Below are positions 1-9,717 of a stretch of 64,000 nt of DNA, piece by piece; the stretch's first letter is position 1, and each line of letters starts with the position of its first letter. The translations under genes were made by a program, and so were the position numbers. The notes beneath the pieces were generated by a model, which saw only the letters and a list, made by a program, of their open reading frames with translations, was not told where the DNA came from and did not search any database. This stretch comes from an uncultured Thermodesulfobacteriota bacterium (GTDB lineage Bacteria > Desulfobacterota > B13-G15). The DNA lies in assembly GCA_964611295.1 (NCBI GenBank), contig CAZSWV010000003.1:6449-70448 (forward strand), written 5' to 3'.

Positions 1-843
1 CTTCAAATCGCTTCTTCAGGTCCTCTCTTACCTTCTGCTTGAGCTCCTCAAGCCCTTGAAACCCCATCTCCTTGGCAAACTCATCTCCGAGGGTAGGCAA
101 TACCTTCTGCTTTAACTCCTTCACCTTCACCCTAAAGGTAAGCTCCTGCCCAGCAAGGTCCTTACGAGGATGATCCTCAGGCATCTTTAACTGAAACTCC
201 TTCTCCTGCCCTGAGGTCATACCAATCAAGGCCTCCTCAAACCCAGGCACCATCCTTCCACTGCCCACTTCCACTAAGTGGTTCTCCACCTTCCCCCCTT
301 CCACGAGCTTGCCGTCCTTATAGGCCTCAAAGTCCAACAAAACCCAATCGCCCTCCCTGATCTCCCTCTGTTCCTCAAGGGGCTTTATCTGAGCCATATA
401 TTCGCGCATCCTCTCGATTTCCCTCTGGACGTCCTCTTCTGACAACTCCTTAGGCCTTTTCACCTGAAGCACAAATCCTTTGTAACGGTTAAGCTTTACT
501 TCCGGCCTTACTTCCACTAAGGCCGTGTAGACAAAGGGGGCCTCTTCCTTTAATGACCCTGGCCTTACCTCCGGATAAACCACAGGTTCCAGGGCCTCTT
601 GCTTTAGGACCTCAGGCAAGGTCTGTTCTATAAGCCTCGAGGTGGCTTCCTTCTGGATCCAGTCCTTGTAAAGGGCCTTTACCAAAGAGAGCGGAGCCCT
701 CCCCTTCCTGAACCCTCTGAGGACAGCCTTTTGTCGGAGCTCTTTATAAATACCCTCTAATACCTCCCTTACACGTTCGGGAGGAACCTCTACCTCTAGC
801 CTGCGCCTGGTGGAAGAAAGCTCTTCTAATTGTACCTTCACCC
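1..843 (-). CDS. tig: trigger factor (ribosome-associated chaperone / FKBP-type PPIase), 3' end cut by window edge
   Basis: Minus-strand translation from GTG at 843-841 gives MKVQLEELSSTRRRLEVEV...GFRKGRAP...LLDFEAYKDGKLVEGGKVENHLVEVGSGRMVPGFEEALIGM. This matches the trigger-factor N-terminal ribosome-binding signature (GFRKGKVP) and the FKBP domain. The ORF runs off the window start, so it is absent from the ORF track. Confidence 0.85.
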
Positions 844-864
844 ATGCTCCTCAAGGCCATATTG

Positions 865-951
<87 letters not shown>

Positions 952-967
952 GTTTTCACCATCCACT

Positions 968-1043
968 GGTGGGCCGTCCGGGACTCGAACCCAGAACCTA
1001 CGGATTAAGAGTCCGTTGCTCTACCGGTTGAGCTAACGGCCCA
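968..1043 (-). tRNA. tRNA-Lys (anticodon CTT), 76 nt, encoded CCA
   Basis: Reverse complement is GGGCCGTTAGCTCAACCGGTAGAGCAACGGACTCTTAATCCGTAGGTTCTGGGTTCGAGTCCCGGACGGCCCACCA. Anticodon loop CTCTTAA with U33 and A37; T-loop TTCGAGT. Confidence 0.85.
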
Positions 1044-1048
1044 CCTTT

Positions 1049-1125
1049 GGCACGCCCGGGGCGACTTGAACGCCCGGCCTTCGGATTCGAAGTCCGACGC
1101 TCTTTCCAGCTGAGCTACGGGCGCT
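1049..1125 (-). tRNA. tRNA-Arg (anticodon TCG), 77 nt, encoded CCA
   Basis: Reverse complement is GCGCCCGTAGCTCAGCTGGAAAGAGCGTCGGACTTCGAATCCGAAGGCCGGGCGTTCAAGTCGCCCCGGGCGTGCCA. Anticodon loop CTTCGAA; D-loop AGCTGGAAA; T-loop TTCAAGT. Confidence 0.85.
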
Positions 1126-1142
1126 CCGTCCCTTCTTTTTAG

Positions 1143-1171
1143 GTATTAACACCTCTTGGTCCTGCGGTCAA
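1143..1171 (-). promoter_or_regulatory. putative sigma-70 promoter of the tRNA-Arg/Lys/Leu (and tig) transcription unit
   Basis: On the minus strand: TTGACC (1171-1166), a 17-nt spacer, then TAATAC (1148-1143). This places a start about 15 nt upstream of the tRNA-Arg 5' end. Pattern match only. Confidence 0.25.
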
Positions 1172-1352
1172 GTTTTTACCTATTGAGCCTATCACAAATA
1201 GCACCCTTTCTGGTGTGAAAATCCCATCGCCTGGAGGACATACAAACTTTCCAAGGGGAGATGAAAAACCAATAGGTGCAAAAACCCTTCGCTTATGGAG
1301 TTCAAATAAGGTATAAAAAGTTAGGTCTTTAAGGGATCAAAAGGAGGGGGAA

Positions 1353-3431
1353 ATGCCGCATTTTAAGAAACTGCTTGAGCCGGGTTTCATAGGTCCTTTT
1401 CGTTTGAAGAACCGCATACTGAAGATGGGCTCCACCTTGGGGTTTTATCCGTGGCAAGATGGGCACATCCAGCAAGAGGTGATAGATGCCTACGAGAACT
1501 TAGCAAAAGGAGGTGTAGCGCTTGTAACCGTAGGGGCCGCTCCCTTTGGCGTACCGCCTGGCAGGGGTTACCTTATGGACGACGACCGTTTTTTGCCCGA
1601 CATGGCGCGTCTTGCCGAGGCTATAAGGAAACACGACTGTATTGCCTTGGTGCAAGCCTTTCACATAGGGCCGATGTTACCTCCTTTTTTGCGTTCGGAA
1701 AAACTTGAACCGGTGGCTGCCTCTTCGTTGCGCAAGGAGGAACTGCCTCTGCCTTTCCTTTCACCCCCTAGAGGCTTGGAAAAAGGGGAGATAAAGCGGA
1801 TAATCGAGGACTTCGTATCCTTGGCCGTAAGGGCAAAAAAGGCTGGATTTCAAGGGATAGAGATAAATGCCGCTTGTAACCACTTCTTGAACACCTTCCT
1901 CTCACGCGCCTGGAACAAAAGGGATGACGAGTATGGTCCTCAAAATATCGAAAACCGTGCCAGGATCCTTACTGAGATCCTCGAAGGTATAAGGTCGGAA
2001 AACGGGAGGGACTTCCTAATAGTGGTCCTCATAAACGGGGCAGAAATCGGCCTCAAGGACGGCATTACCCCTGAGGAAAGCAGAGGGATAGCACAGGTAT
2101 TAGAAAAGGCAGGGGCAGATGCCATAAACATAAGGGCTGAGTTTTATTTCCCTGCAAGGGATCCCTCAAGGAAGGACAGTACCCATTTCCCTGATGTAGC
2201 CCTTTACCCTGAACCACCTTTCCCGGTGAAGGGGTTAATGGACGAACGTCGCTACGGCAGGGGCGGGTGGGTCCCGTTGGCCCACAACGTGAAGAAAGGG
2301 GTCTCCATACCGGTCATAGTAGCTGGAAGGCTTGACCCCCTTTTGGCCGAGGAGGTGCTTGAAAAGGGGTTTGTGGATTTCGTCTACCTTAACCGGGCGC
2401 TCATGGCCGACCCGGAGTTGCCGAAAAAGCTCCTCGAAGGACGCTTTGAGGATGTACGTCCCTGTACGGGCTGCCTGACCTGTTTTGACAACAACGAAAG
2501 GGGTAACCCCCCTCTCTGTCAGGTGAACCCCACGCTTGGAAAGGAGAAGGCCCTTGAAGTATGGATCGCAACCAAACGGAAGAAGGTCTTAGTGATAGGA
2601 GGTGGACCTGCCGGTATGGAAGCCGCACGCATGGCAGCCCTAAGGGGACACCAAGTGCTGCTATGCGATAAATCCCCAAGGCTTGGCGGTTCCATGCTCC
2701 TTGCCTCCATAGTAAAAGGCCTTGAACGTGAGGACCACCTCAAGCTTATAAGCTATTACGAAAGACAACTTAAAAAACTCAAGGTAGAAATAAGGCTCAA
2801 CCTTACAGTCGATCGGTCCTTTGTGGAAAAGGTGGCCCCTGACGTCTTAATCGTGGCTGTAGGCGGGGCACACCAAATTCCCTCTGTCCCAGGCATAGGA
2901 GGCAAAAAGGTCCTCACGGGCAAGGCCTTACAGGAAAAGCTCCGCTTTTTCCTCAGGTTCTTTGGCCCTAAGGCCCTCATCTCCTTGAGCCATATCTGGA
3001 TGCCCATTGGCAAAAGGGTGGCCATAATCGGAGGCCAAATACAGGGATGTCAACTAGCGGAGTTCTTGGTGAAAAGGGGAAGGAAGGTGTGGGTCCTTGA
3101 GGAGACCACCGAAGTAGGGAAGGGCCTCCCCGAGGTCCTGATCAAGCCGAGGCTTTTGGACTGGCTTGAGGCAAAAGGCGTCCGGATCCTATCTGAGGCA
3201 AAGGTCAAAAGGATCCATGAAAAAGGGGTTGAGGTAAGCATAGAAGGTCTGAGGGATGAGTTCATCGAGGTCGACACGGTGATCACGGCCTTGCCCCTTT
3301 TGCCAAACGAAAGGGCCGTTAAGGAGTTTGAAGGCCTTGCGCCAGAGGTTTATGCCATAGGCGACTGTAAAGAGCCGCAACTTATAGTTGACGCAATAGC
3401 GGCTGGCTTCAACCTCGGGAGGACCATTTAG
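1353..3431 (+). CDS. Old-yellow-enzyme family NADH:flavin oxidoreductase fused to an FAD/NAD(P)-binding domain (2,4-dienoyl-CoA reductase FadH / enoate reductase-like Fe-S flavoenzyme)
   Basis: 692 aa. N-terminal OYE TIM-barrel; CTGCLTCF...C 4Fe-4S motif between the domains; C-terminal VLVIGGGPAGMEAARMAALRGH dinucleotide fold. RBS AAAGGAGGGGG precedes the ATG. Confidence 0.8.
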   Translation: MPHFKKLLEPGFIGPFRLKNRILKMGSTLGFYPWQDGHIQQEVIDAYENLAKGGVALVTVGAAPFGVPPGRGYLMDDDRFLPDMARLAEAIRKHDCIALVQAFHIGPMLPPFLRSEKLEPVAASSLRKEELPLPFLSPPRGLEKGEIKRIIEDFVSLAVRAKKAGFQGIEINAACNHFLNTFLSRAWNKRDDEYGPQNIENRARILTEILEGIRSENGRDFLIVVLINGAEIGLKDGITPEESRGIAQVLEKAGADAINIRAEFYFPARDPSRKDSTHFPDVALYPEPPFPVKGLMDERRYGRGGWVPLAHNVKKGVSIPVIVAGRLDPLLAEEVLEKGFVDFVYLNRALMADPELPKKLLEGRFEDVRPCTGCLTCFDNNERGNPPLCQVNPTLGKEKALEVWIATKRKKVLVIGGGPAGMEAARMAALRGHQVLLCDKSPRLGGSMLLASIVKGLEREDHLKLISYYERQLKKLKVEIRLNLTVDRSFVEKVAPDVLIVAVGGAHQIPSVPGIGGKKVLTGKALQEKLRFFLRFFGPKALISLSHIWMPIGKRVAIIGGQIQGCQLAEFLVKRGRKVWVLEETTEVGKGLPEVLIKPRLLDWLEAKGVRILSEAKVKRIHEKGVEVSIEGLRDEFIEVDTVITALPLLPNERAVKEFEGLAPEVYAIGDCKEPQLIVDAIAAGFNLGRTI

Positions 3432-3445
3432 GCTATTGCCTGAAG

Positions 3446-3847
3446 GTGCAATTTAATGTTAATTACCACAATGCCATGCTGGGGAAGGTCTTCTTAAAGA
3501 CGCAGGCAAAGGAAGAGGTAGTAGATATAACGGACAAAGTCCAGGAAATCATAAGGTCGTCTGGGATAAACGAAGGTTTCGTCATCATCTATGTGCCCCA
3601 CGAGACAGCCGCAGTGAGCATACACAGTGCCCTAAAGGAGGAAGAGACCCCTAAGTGGCAGCAGATGCTAGAGGCCTTAAAGGCGTCCCAGAAGGCATCA
3701 GGTGAGACCAAGGCTGCCTTTGTGGCACCTACAGAGGTCGGAGTCGTCGAAGGGGGCAAGATGGTACTAGGACCTGAGCAAAGGATCTTCTTTTACGAGT
3801 TCGATGGCCCTAAGGAAAGGGTCGTATACGTATTTGTAGGTTGCTAA
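3446..3847 (+). CDS. YjbQ/UPF0047 family protein (secondary thiamine-phosphate synthase-like)
   Basis: 133 aa of typical YjbQ size, with the pattern ...VVDITDKVQEIIRSSGINEGFVIIYVPHETAAVSIH...RVVYVFVGC. Recognised by similarity to the YjbQ family only. Confidence 0.55.
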   Translation: MQFNVNYHNAMLGKVFLKTQAKEEVVDITDKVQEIIRSSGINEGFVIIYVPHETAAVSIHSALKEEETPKWQQMLEALKASQKASGETKAAFVAPTEVGVVEGGKMVLGPEQRIFFYEFDGPKERVVYVFVGC

Positions 3848-4026
3848 TGCGATTCCTCCTTGGCGTAATAGTGGGAGTAATGCTTACCCTTTTGTTTTTA
3901 CAGTTGGGCGGCCCAAGGTTCCTCAAGCGTTTCGGTGAAAAGGCCACACGTTGGGGTGAAAGGATGGAAAGGTACGAAAGGCTCTTGAAAGAGACCTTCC
4001 CTTCCAATAACCAAACCCGTCAATAA
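3847..4026 (+). CDS. small single-pass membrane protein (hypothetical), translationally coupled to yjbQ
   Basis: An ATG overlaps the yjbQ TAA stop as TAATG (3845-3849). The product MRFLLGVIVGVMLTLLFLQLGG... has a hydrophobic helix followed by a basic/charged tail. No family recognised. Confidence 0.3.
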   Translation: MRFLLGVIVGVMLTLLFLQLGGPRFLKRFGEKATRWGERMERYERLLKETFPSNNQTRQ

Positions 4027-4304
4027 CGGATGGAAAAGTCGTTGAACTCCCCTAAGTACTCTTCCCACTTTACTTGGACTTTTTCCACTACTGCAGCCGG
4101 TGGCCCTTTGTGACACCACTTTATCATCTCCTCCACCTTTTCCTTTGGCCCTTCAAAAAGGGCCTCCACAGTCCCGTCAGGGGCGTTCCTCACCCATCCC
4201 CTCAGCCCCAACCTTTGGGCCATCATCCTGGTGTTGTGACGGAAAAAGACACCTTGTACAAGTCCAAAGACCTTAACCCTTGCCCTTACCAGTTCCTCCG
4301 TCAT
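4020..4304 (-). CDS. acyP: acylphosphatase
   Basis: 94 aa. Carries VKVFGLVQGVFFR, matching the acylphosphatase signature VxGxVQGVxFR, and has the typical length. Confidence 0.8.
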   Translation of the reverse strand: MTEELVRARVKVFGLVQGVFFRHNTRMMAQRLGLRGWVRNAPDGTVEALFEGPKEKVEEMIKWCHKGPPAAVVEKVQVKWEEYLGEFNDFSIRY

Positions 4305-4948
4305 CTTTTCTTAAATTGCAACAGATACACCAAGTTATCAAGGACTGTGGTGAAATAGGCGTTTTTCACTATAACTCCCCTTGGTACCTTCAACTGCACA
4401 GGGGTGAAGTTCAATATACCCCGAATGTTGGCCTCCACAACCTTATCGGCCACCTTTTGGGCCTCAGAAGGGGGAACGGTAATGATGGCTATGTCTATCT
4501 TCCTCTCTCTGGCGACTTCCCTTAACTGGTCGATGTGAAAGACCTCAACAGGTCTCCCACTTCTTTCTGCCAGGCGTCCCACTACCTTCTCCGGATTCCT
4601 ATCAAAGGCAGCTACGATCCTATAGTTCTCCGTTAAGAAGTCCCTGTAATTCAAAACGGCTGTGCCCAAGTTCCCTATACCGATTACGGCAAGACGCCAC
4701 TCCCGGTTGAGCCCAAGGCTCTTCTTTATGTGCTCAAGCAGATCCTTTACATAGTAACCCACACCCCTTATCCCAAACTCCCCAAAATACGCCAAATCCT
4801 TACGCACCTGCGCGGCATTAAGACCACAGGCCTTGGCAAGCTGCGCCGAGGACACCACCTTCTCCCCCTTCTCGGCAAGGTCCTTTAAGTACCTCAGGTA
4901 CATGGATAAACGCCTTATGGTAACCTCAGGGATCTTTGGTTGCCTCAA
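4301..4948 (-). CDS. rex: redox-sensing transcriptional repressor Rex
   Basis: 215 aa. N-terminal winged helix (IPEVTIRRLSMYLRYL), Rossmann-fold NADH-binding core (RLAVIGIGNLG) and a conserved C-terminus. TTG start at 4948 with AGGAG 7 nt upstream. Confidence 0.85.
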   Translation of the reverse strand: MRQPKIPEVTIRRLSMYLRYLKDLAEKGEKVVSSAQLAKACGLNAAQVRKDLAYFGEFGIRGVGYYVKDLLEHIKKSLGLNREWRLAVIGIGNLGTAVLNYRDFLTENYRIVAAFDRNPEKVVGRLAERSGRPVEVFHIDQLREVARERKIDIAIITVPPSEAQKVADKVVEANIRGILNFTPVQLKVPRGVIVKNAYFTTVLDNLVYLLQFKKR

Positions 4949-5040
4949 GGCCTTACTCCTCCCTTTGTGAAAGTTTTCTTTTAGTTTAAGTTTTTCGATG
5001 GGTTTTTACAAGGGAACATTTCAGCAAGGGGCTTTTAAGC

Positions 5041-5985
5041 CTAGTGTTTGTCTTCAAGGACCTTGGGCCAAAATCTTTGGCCCAAAAGGCCTACTAGTCC
5101 TTGGGGGGCCAGGAGCATGACGGCTATAAGGACTAGGCCTTGGACCATAAGACTCAGGGTACCGTAGCGGGCAAGGAGGAAGTGGAGGAAGGTCACGAAA
5201 GCGCTCCCGACTATCGGCCCTTTGATCGTCCCTATACCGCCTATGACAGTGGACAACATGGCTATCATCGTCCATTTGACGTTAAAGGCGCTTGCTGGTT
5301 CGATGTAGCCTTGGTAGAGGTAAAAGGTGCTTCCTGCCACCGAAGCGATACAGGCGCTTATCATAAAAGACCTTAACTTCAAGGTATATACGTTTATCCC
5401 TGAGGCCTCCGCTGTCCTCTGGTTATCCCTTATGGCAGCAAGCCCCAGACCGAACTCCGAATTGACAATCCAATAGAGTACAGCCACCGAAAGTATGCCA
5501 ACTAGGGCCGAAAGGAGGTACACGCTTTGCATCCCCACCTTGCCTACTAGCATATAGCCAGCTCCCCCACCGTGAACTGTCCCTTTTATAGGACGCCAGA
5601 GGAAGAAGATGATGCGCATGGCCTCGGGTATGACGAGGGTGCCTATGGAAAAGTAAATGCCGCTCAGCCTAAAGGTAGGGATGGCTATCAAGGTCGCAAG
5701 GAGGCAGTTAGAAATAAGCCCTACGATAAAACCGATCCATAGGGGGACCTTGAGGAGCGAGAGCAGTATAAGGCAGTATCCTGCAAGTCCGAAGAAGGCA
5801 GAGGTACACAACGACACCAAACCGGAGAAACCAGCCAACAGGTTCCAAGAATTAGCAAGGGCCAAGTATACGAAGAAGAGGAAAAGGTAAAGGCTCACCT
5901 TGGGAGGTATCCCTAAAAAAGGTAGGACTAGGCAGACACCAAGCCATATGAAGATAAGGACCAATGTATCAAAGGCTTTCCTCAT
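5041..5985 (-). CDS. livM: branched-chain amino acid ABC transporter permease (LivM-like)
   Basis: 314 aa polytopic membrane protein. Last gene of a 5-gene minus-strand operon with 4-nt overlaps; LivM-type pattern. Confidence 0.75.
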   Translation of the reverse strand: MRKAFDTLVLIFIWLGVCLVLPFLGIPPKVSLYLFLFFVYLALANSWNLLAGFSGLVSLCTSAFFGLAGYCLILLSLLKVPLWIGFIVGLISNCLLATLIAIPTFRLSGIYFSIGTLVIPEAMRIIFFLWRPIKGTVHGGGAGYMLVGKVGMQSVYLLSALVGILSVAVLYWIVNSEFGLGLAAIRDNQRTAEASGINVYTLKLRSFMISACIASVAGSTFYLYQGYIEPASAFNVKWTMIAMLSTVIGGIGTIKGPIVGSAFVTFLHFLLARYGTLSLMVQGLVLIAVMLLAPQGLVGLLGQRFWPKVLEDKH

Positions 5986-6839
5986 CTCACCCCAAAAAGC
6001 CCCTGTGGCCTAAGAGCTAGGATCAGTAAGACCAAGGCGTATACCACAAGCATTTGGGCGGCACTGCCCAGGAGTTCTGCACTGACCACCTGTGCCACAC
6101 CAAGGATCACCCCTCCCAAGAAGGTACCGATCATACTCCCGAGTCCCCCTATGATGACCACTCCAAAGGCTATTATCAGGAAGGAGACGCCAGATTGGGG
6201 GTTAAAGGGGAAGGTGAGGCCTAAGCATATACCGGCCATGGCAGCTGTGACCATGGCAATGCCAAAGGACACGGCAAAGACCGTCCGGTAGTTAATACCC
6301 ACCATCTGAGCTGCCTTAAGGTCCTGAGAGGCTGCCCTTATTGCCTTGCCCAAAAAGGTCTTGCTCAAAAAGGCGTGTAATGCCACCATGGCGCCGAGGG
6401 ATACAAGGAAGTCCAATAAATAGGTAAAGGGTATGAAGACCTGCCCCAGGTCCAAGGCCTTGAGGCTATAGGGCGTCGTCAACCCCCTTGACATGGGCGA
6501 CCAGAGGATCTGGTGGAGGTTCTGGATCACCAGGGACATTCCAAAGGCCACTATCAGGGCCGCTTCGGCAGACCTCAAAAGGAACCTGGAGAAAAGGTAC
6601 CGTTGTACGATAAAACCAAACAGGAACATCGCCGGTACAAGGAGGCATAAGGAAAGGAAAGGATCCACACCCGCATAAGTGAAAAGGGCATAGGCCAAAT
6701 AGGTAGCCAAAAGGACGAAGTCCCCATGCGCCACGTTTATTATCCTCATGACCCCAAAGACCAAGGATAACCCCAAGGCCAATAAGGCATAAAGGCCCCC
6801 GAGGAGGGCCCCCATCAAAAAGGGAGTCGGTTCCATCAT
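5982..6839 (-). CDS. livH: branched-chain amino acid ABC transporter permease (LivH-like)
   Basis: 285 aa polytopic membrane protein with a HAAT-family permease pattern. ATGA overlaps with both neighbours. Confidence 0.75.
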   Translation of the reverse strand: MMEPTPFLMGALLGGLYALLALGLSLVFGVMRIINVAHGDFVLLATYLAYALFTYAGVDPFLSLCLLVPAMFLFGFIVQRYLFSRFLLRSAEAALIVAFGMSLVIQNLHQILWSPMSRGLTTPYSLKALDLGQVFIPFTYLLDFLVSLGAMVALHAFLSKTFLGKAIRAASQDLKAAQMVGINYRTVFAVSFGIAMVTAAMAGICLGLTFPFNPQSGVSFLIIAFGVVIIGGLGSMIGTFLGGVILGVAQVVSAELLGSAAQMLVVYALVLLILALRPQGLFGVR

Positions 6840-7552
6840 GTCTCACATACCCCGAAGTAGGCCTCCTTTATGGCCGGATATGCCTTCAACTCCTCACAGG
6901 ACCCAGACAGGACCACCTTCCCTGCTTCAAGTAAATAGGCCCTATCGGCCTCCTCCAAGCTCTTCTTCACGCTTTGTTCTACGAACAGGACGGCTATGCC
7001 CCTCTCCCTTATCCTCTTTAAGGCCAGGTAAATGGCGTTGACCACTACAGGGGCCAAACCGAGGGAAACCTCGTCCAAAAGCAACACTTGAGGGTCTGAC
7101 ATAAGGCCTCGGCCTATGGCCAGCATCTGTTGCTCACCCCCGCTTAGGGTCTTGGCTATTTGGAACCGCCTTTCGGCCAACCTCGGGAAAAGCCCGAAGA
7201 CGAAGTCGAGGTTCTCCTTTAACCTTTTGCGAGCCCTTTTGGTATAGGCCCCAAGAAGCAAGTTGTCCATGACGGTAAGCTCAGGGAACACGCGCCTCCC
7301 CTCAGGCACATGCGCTATACCCAGTTCCACTATCTCGTATGGCGAAAGCCCAGAGAGCTCCGTACCCTTGAAGAGGATCCTACCGCTTTCTGGACGCAAG
7401 AACCCTGAAATGGCATTCAACAGGGTGGACTTACCCGCACCGTTGGCGCCTATTAGAGCCACTATCTCCCCCTGGGACACGTGAAGGGTCACCTCGGTAA
7501 GTACCCTTAGTCTTCCGTAACTTACACAGAGTCCTTCTATTGACAGCATCAC
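6836..7552 (-). CDS. livF: branched-chain amino acid ABC transporter ATP-binding protein (LivF-like)
   Basis: 238 aa. Walker A GANGAGKST, LSGGEQQ signature, Walker B LLLDE. Confidence 0.8.
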   Translation of the reverse strand: MMLSIEGLCVSYGRLRVLTEVTLHVSQGEIVALIGANGAGKSTLLNAISGFLRPESGRILFKGTELSGLSPYEIVELGIAHVPEGRRVFPELTVMDNLLLGAYTKRARKRLKENLDFVFGLFPRLAERRFQIAKTLSGGEQQMLAIGRGLMSDPQVLLLDEVSLGLAPVVVNAIYLALKRIRERGIAVLFVEQSVKKSLEEADRAYLLEAGKVVLSGSCEELKAYPAIKEAYFGVCET

Positions 7553-8265
7553 CCCAGGTACGCCTCAATTACAGCCTTATCGCATAAGGCCTCAGACGGC
7601 TTTCCTTCGAAGATCTTCTTACCCCGATCCATCACCACCACGCGGTGTGCTATGCTGGTCAGTACCCTTATCACGTGCTCTATTATCATGAGCGTGACCC
7701 CCATCTCCCCATGGATCCGCCTGAGGATTTCCAAGAGCTCAGGTATCTCCCTTTCGGTGAGTCCTGCGGCGATCTCGTCTACCAAAAGAAGCTTGGGGGC
7801 GGTGGCCAAAGCCCTTGCCAGTTCGAGCCTTTTCAAGGAGATTTCGTCCAAATCCCCTGCACAATCCCCCTTCCCCTTCCAAAACCCCACAAAGTCAAGC
7901 ACTTTTTCGGCCTCCTCCAGGGCCTTCTTTTTGGGCAACCCCTTCACGTATATGAGGGGGACGGCCACGTTTTGAAGGCATGTAAGCTTCACAAAGGGTT
8001 GGGGGATCTGATAGGTACGGCTTATGCCCGCTTTGACCACCTTATGAGGCGGACAAGAGGTTATGTCTTTACCCCTGAACCACACCTTCCCTGAATCCGG
8101 CTTGAGTTCCCCTGAGATCACGTTAAGCAGGGTGGTTTTACCCGCCCCGTTGGGCCCCATGATCCCAAGGATCTCCCCCTCGTTAAGCTGAAGGGAAAAA
8201 CCATCTATTGCCACAACGCCCCCAAACCTCTTGGATACCCCTTCAAGCCGTAACAATACCTCCAA
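7549..8265 (-). CDS. livG: branched-chain amino acid ABC transporter ATP-binding protein (LivG-like)
   Basis: 238 aa. GPNGAGKTT, RTYQ, LLLVDE; LivG-type. Confidence 0.8.
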   Translation of the reverse strand: MEVLLRLEGVSKRFGGVVAIDGFSLQLNEGEILGIMGPNGAGKTTLLNVISGELKPDSGKVWFRGKDITSCPPHKVVKAGISRTYQIPQPFVKLTCLQNVAVPLIYVKGLPKKKALEEAEKVLDFVGFWKGKGDCAGDLDEISLKRLELARALATAPKLLLVDEIAAGLTEREIPELLEILRRIHGEMGVTLMIIEHVIRVLTSIAHRVVVMDRGKKIFEGKPSEALCDKAVIEAYLG

Positions 8266-8279
8266 CGCCTTCCTCTCCC

Positions 8280-9602
8280 TTAGGGTATAGGGAAGAGGGG
8301 CTTAGCGGTCGCCTTGATGAAGGGGTGTTTTGAGAAGACCACCGGACAGTCCCATACCCATTTGCTTTTCGTCTTCATCCACTGCCCATACACGATAGGA
8401 CCGCGGCTGAAATGGTTTTCGTCAAACTTCACCCTATGCCCTATGGTCATGAGGTCGGTCTGGGCAAGGGCCTTGTTAACTTCCTCGCCCTTCAGGGTAC
8501 CTGCCCTTTCTATGGCATCGATTAGGACTTGAACGCTCCTGTAACCAGGACCTATCCCCCTGTTCAAGGGCTTATTCTTTTCCTTTTGCCACCTTTCAGC
8601 AAGCGATTTCGGGGTGGTTCCACCTATGCCTGGCGACTCCTCAAAGGAGGGATCCCACCATATTTCACATCCAACCCCAAGGGGAAGATCACCACCCCAG
8701 GCCTTCACGTCTTCGTAAAAGAGCGGGGCCCTACCTATGGAGATGATCTTCGGTTTAAATCCCAAGGTCTTGGCCTGCCTCAGGAGCGTCCCAACGAAGG
8801 GCGCAGGCGCATTGCCCCAAAGGATCTCAGCCCCGAACTTCTTCCAGGCCCTTATAACCGATGAAAAATCCGTAGTCTCAAGGGGCAAAAGCCCCACCTT
8901 TTGCTCCACCCCGTATACCTCAAAGCCCTTTTCCTTCAAAAAGACCGGGAACAAGGCATACCAAGCCACCCCGTCAGGGTCATCCGCAGCAAAAACCGCC
9001 ACTTTCTTATTGGTCTTATCACCATAAAGGGCAAGCATCTCGTACCAGGTATCCACTATGGTGTAACCGGGCTTTGACCTGAAGTCACCTGCTGGGGCAG
9101 GTGTCGAGATGGCAAAAAGGCCTGTTGCCCAGGAATACTCCCATTTTCCCTTTGACCGCATCTCAGCCCATGCTTCCAAAGGCCCCGAAGAGCACACGTA
9201 TGGGACCTTGTAACGATCGGCCACCGTGGCCACCCCAGCATGCATGGGAGGTGGTTGGTCCCCTGAGAGCAAGAAGTGAACCTTACTCCTTACTATAAGG
9301 TCCTCCGCCAGAGAACCCGCTTTTACAGGGTCGCTTTCCGTGTTTACCACGATAAGCTTCAAAGGTATCCTGCGGTTGAACTCCTTAACAAACACACCAC
9401 CTAAACGGTTAACATCATCTATGGCCGCCTTTATCCCAAAATGCGCCCCTTCACCGAAACCGGCATACATCCCCGTAAGGGGTAAGGGAGCTCCTATGAG
9501 GATGGCCTCCGGCGCCTTAGGGGCCTGGGCATAAAGCAAGGCCCCTATAAAAAGAAACCCCAAAACACCCACCAAACCCTTTATCAACCCCAAGGCCTTC
9601 AT
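8280..9602 (-). CDS. livK: ABC transporter periplasmic substrate-binding protein, Leu/Ile/Val-binding family (LivK-like), unusually long (440 aa)
   Basis: N-terminal signal peptide (LGFLFIGALLYAQA) and type I periplasmic binding fold. First gene of the liv-type operon. Confidence 0.7.
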   Translation of the reverse strand: MKALGLIKGLVGVLGFLFIGALLYAQAPKAPEAILIGAPLPLTGMYAGFGEGAHFGIKAAIDDVNRLGGVFVKEFNRRIPLKLIVVNTESDPVKAGSLAEDLIVRSKVHFLLSGDQPPPMHAGVATVADRYKVPYVCSSGPLEAWAEMRSKGKWEYSWATGLFAISTPAPAGDFRSKPGYTIVDTWYEMLALYGDKTNKKVAVFAADDPDGVAWYALFPVFLKEKGFEVYGVEQKVGLLPLETTDFSSVIRAWKKFGAEILWGNAPAPFVGTLLRQAKTLGFKPKIISIGRAPLFYEDVKAWGGDLPLGVGCEIWWDPSFEESPGIGGTTPKSLAERWQKEKNKPLNRGIGPGYRSVQVLIDAIERAGTLKGEEVNKALAQTDLMTIGHRVKFDENHFSRGPIVYGQWMKTKSKWVWDCPVVFSKHPFIKATAKPLFPIP

Positions 9603-9717
9603 CCCCCACCTCCACCCTTGGATTAGTCAAATCCAATTTTGCAAGAAACATACCTGAACCCATGATGAAGCCCTCCGCCTCTACTTACAGCTTGATGCCG
9701 AAAACCAAACGCGCGTT

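Noticed and set aside
1451-3380. Several 60-90 aa ORFs on both strands inside the OYE/FadH-like gene
   Set aside because: They are antisense or out-of-frame shadows within a well-supported 692-aa gene. The same applies to the many short ORFs listed inside liv, mutS, the activase fusion and other long genes.
7645-8094. 149-aa plus-strand ORF
   Set aside because: It is antisense to livG, with Pro/Gly-rich composition and no homology pattern.
9603-9717. Possible T-box/leader upstream of livK
   Set aside because: No specifier-loop or T-box consensus (AATTAGGGTGGNACCGCG-like) was recognisable by eye.
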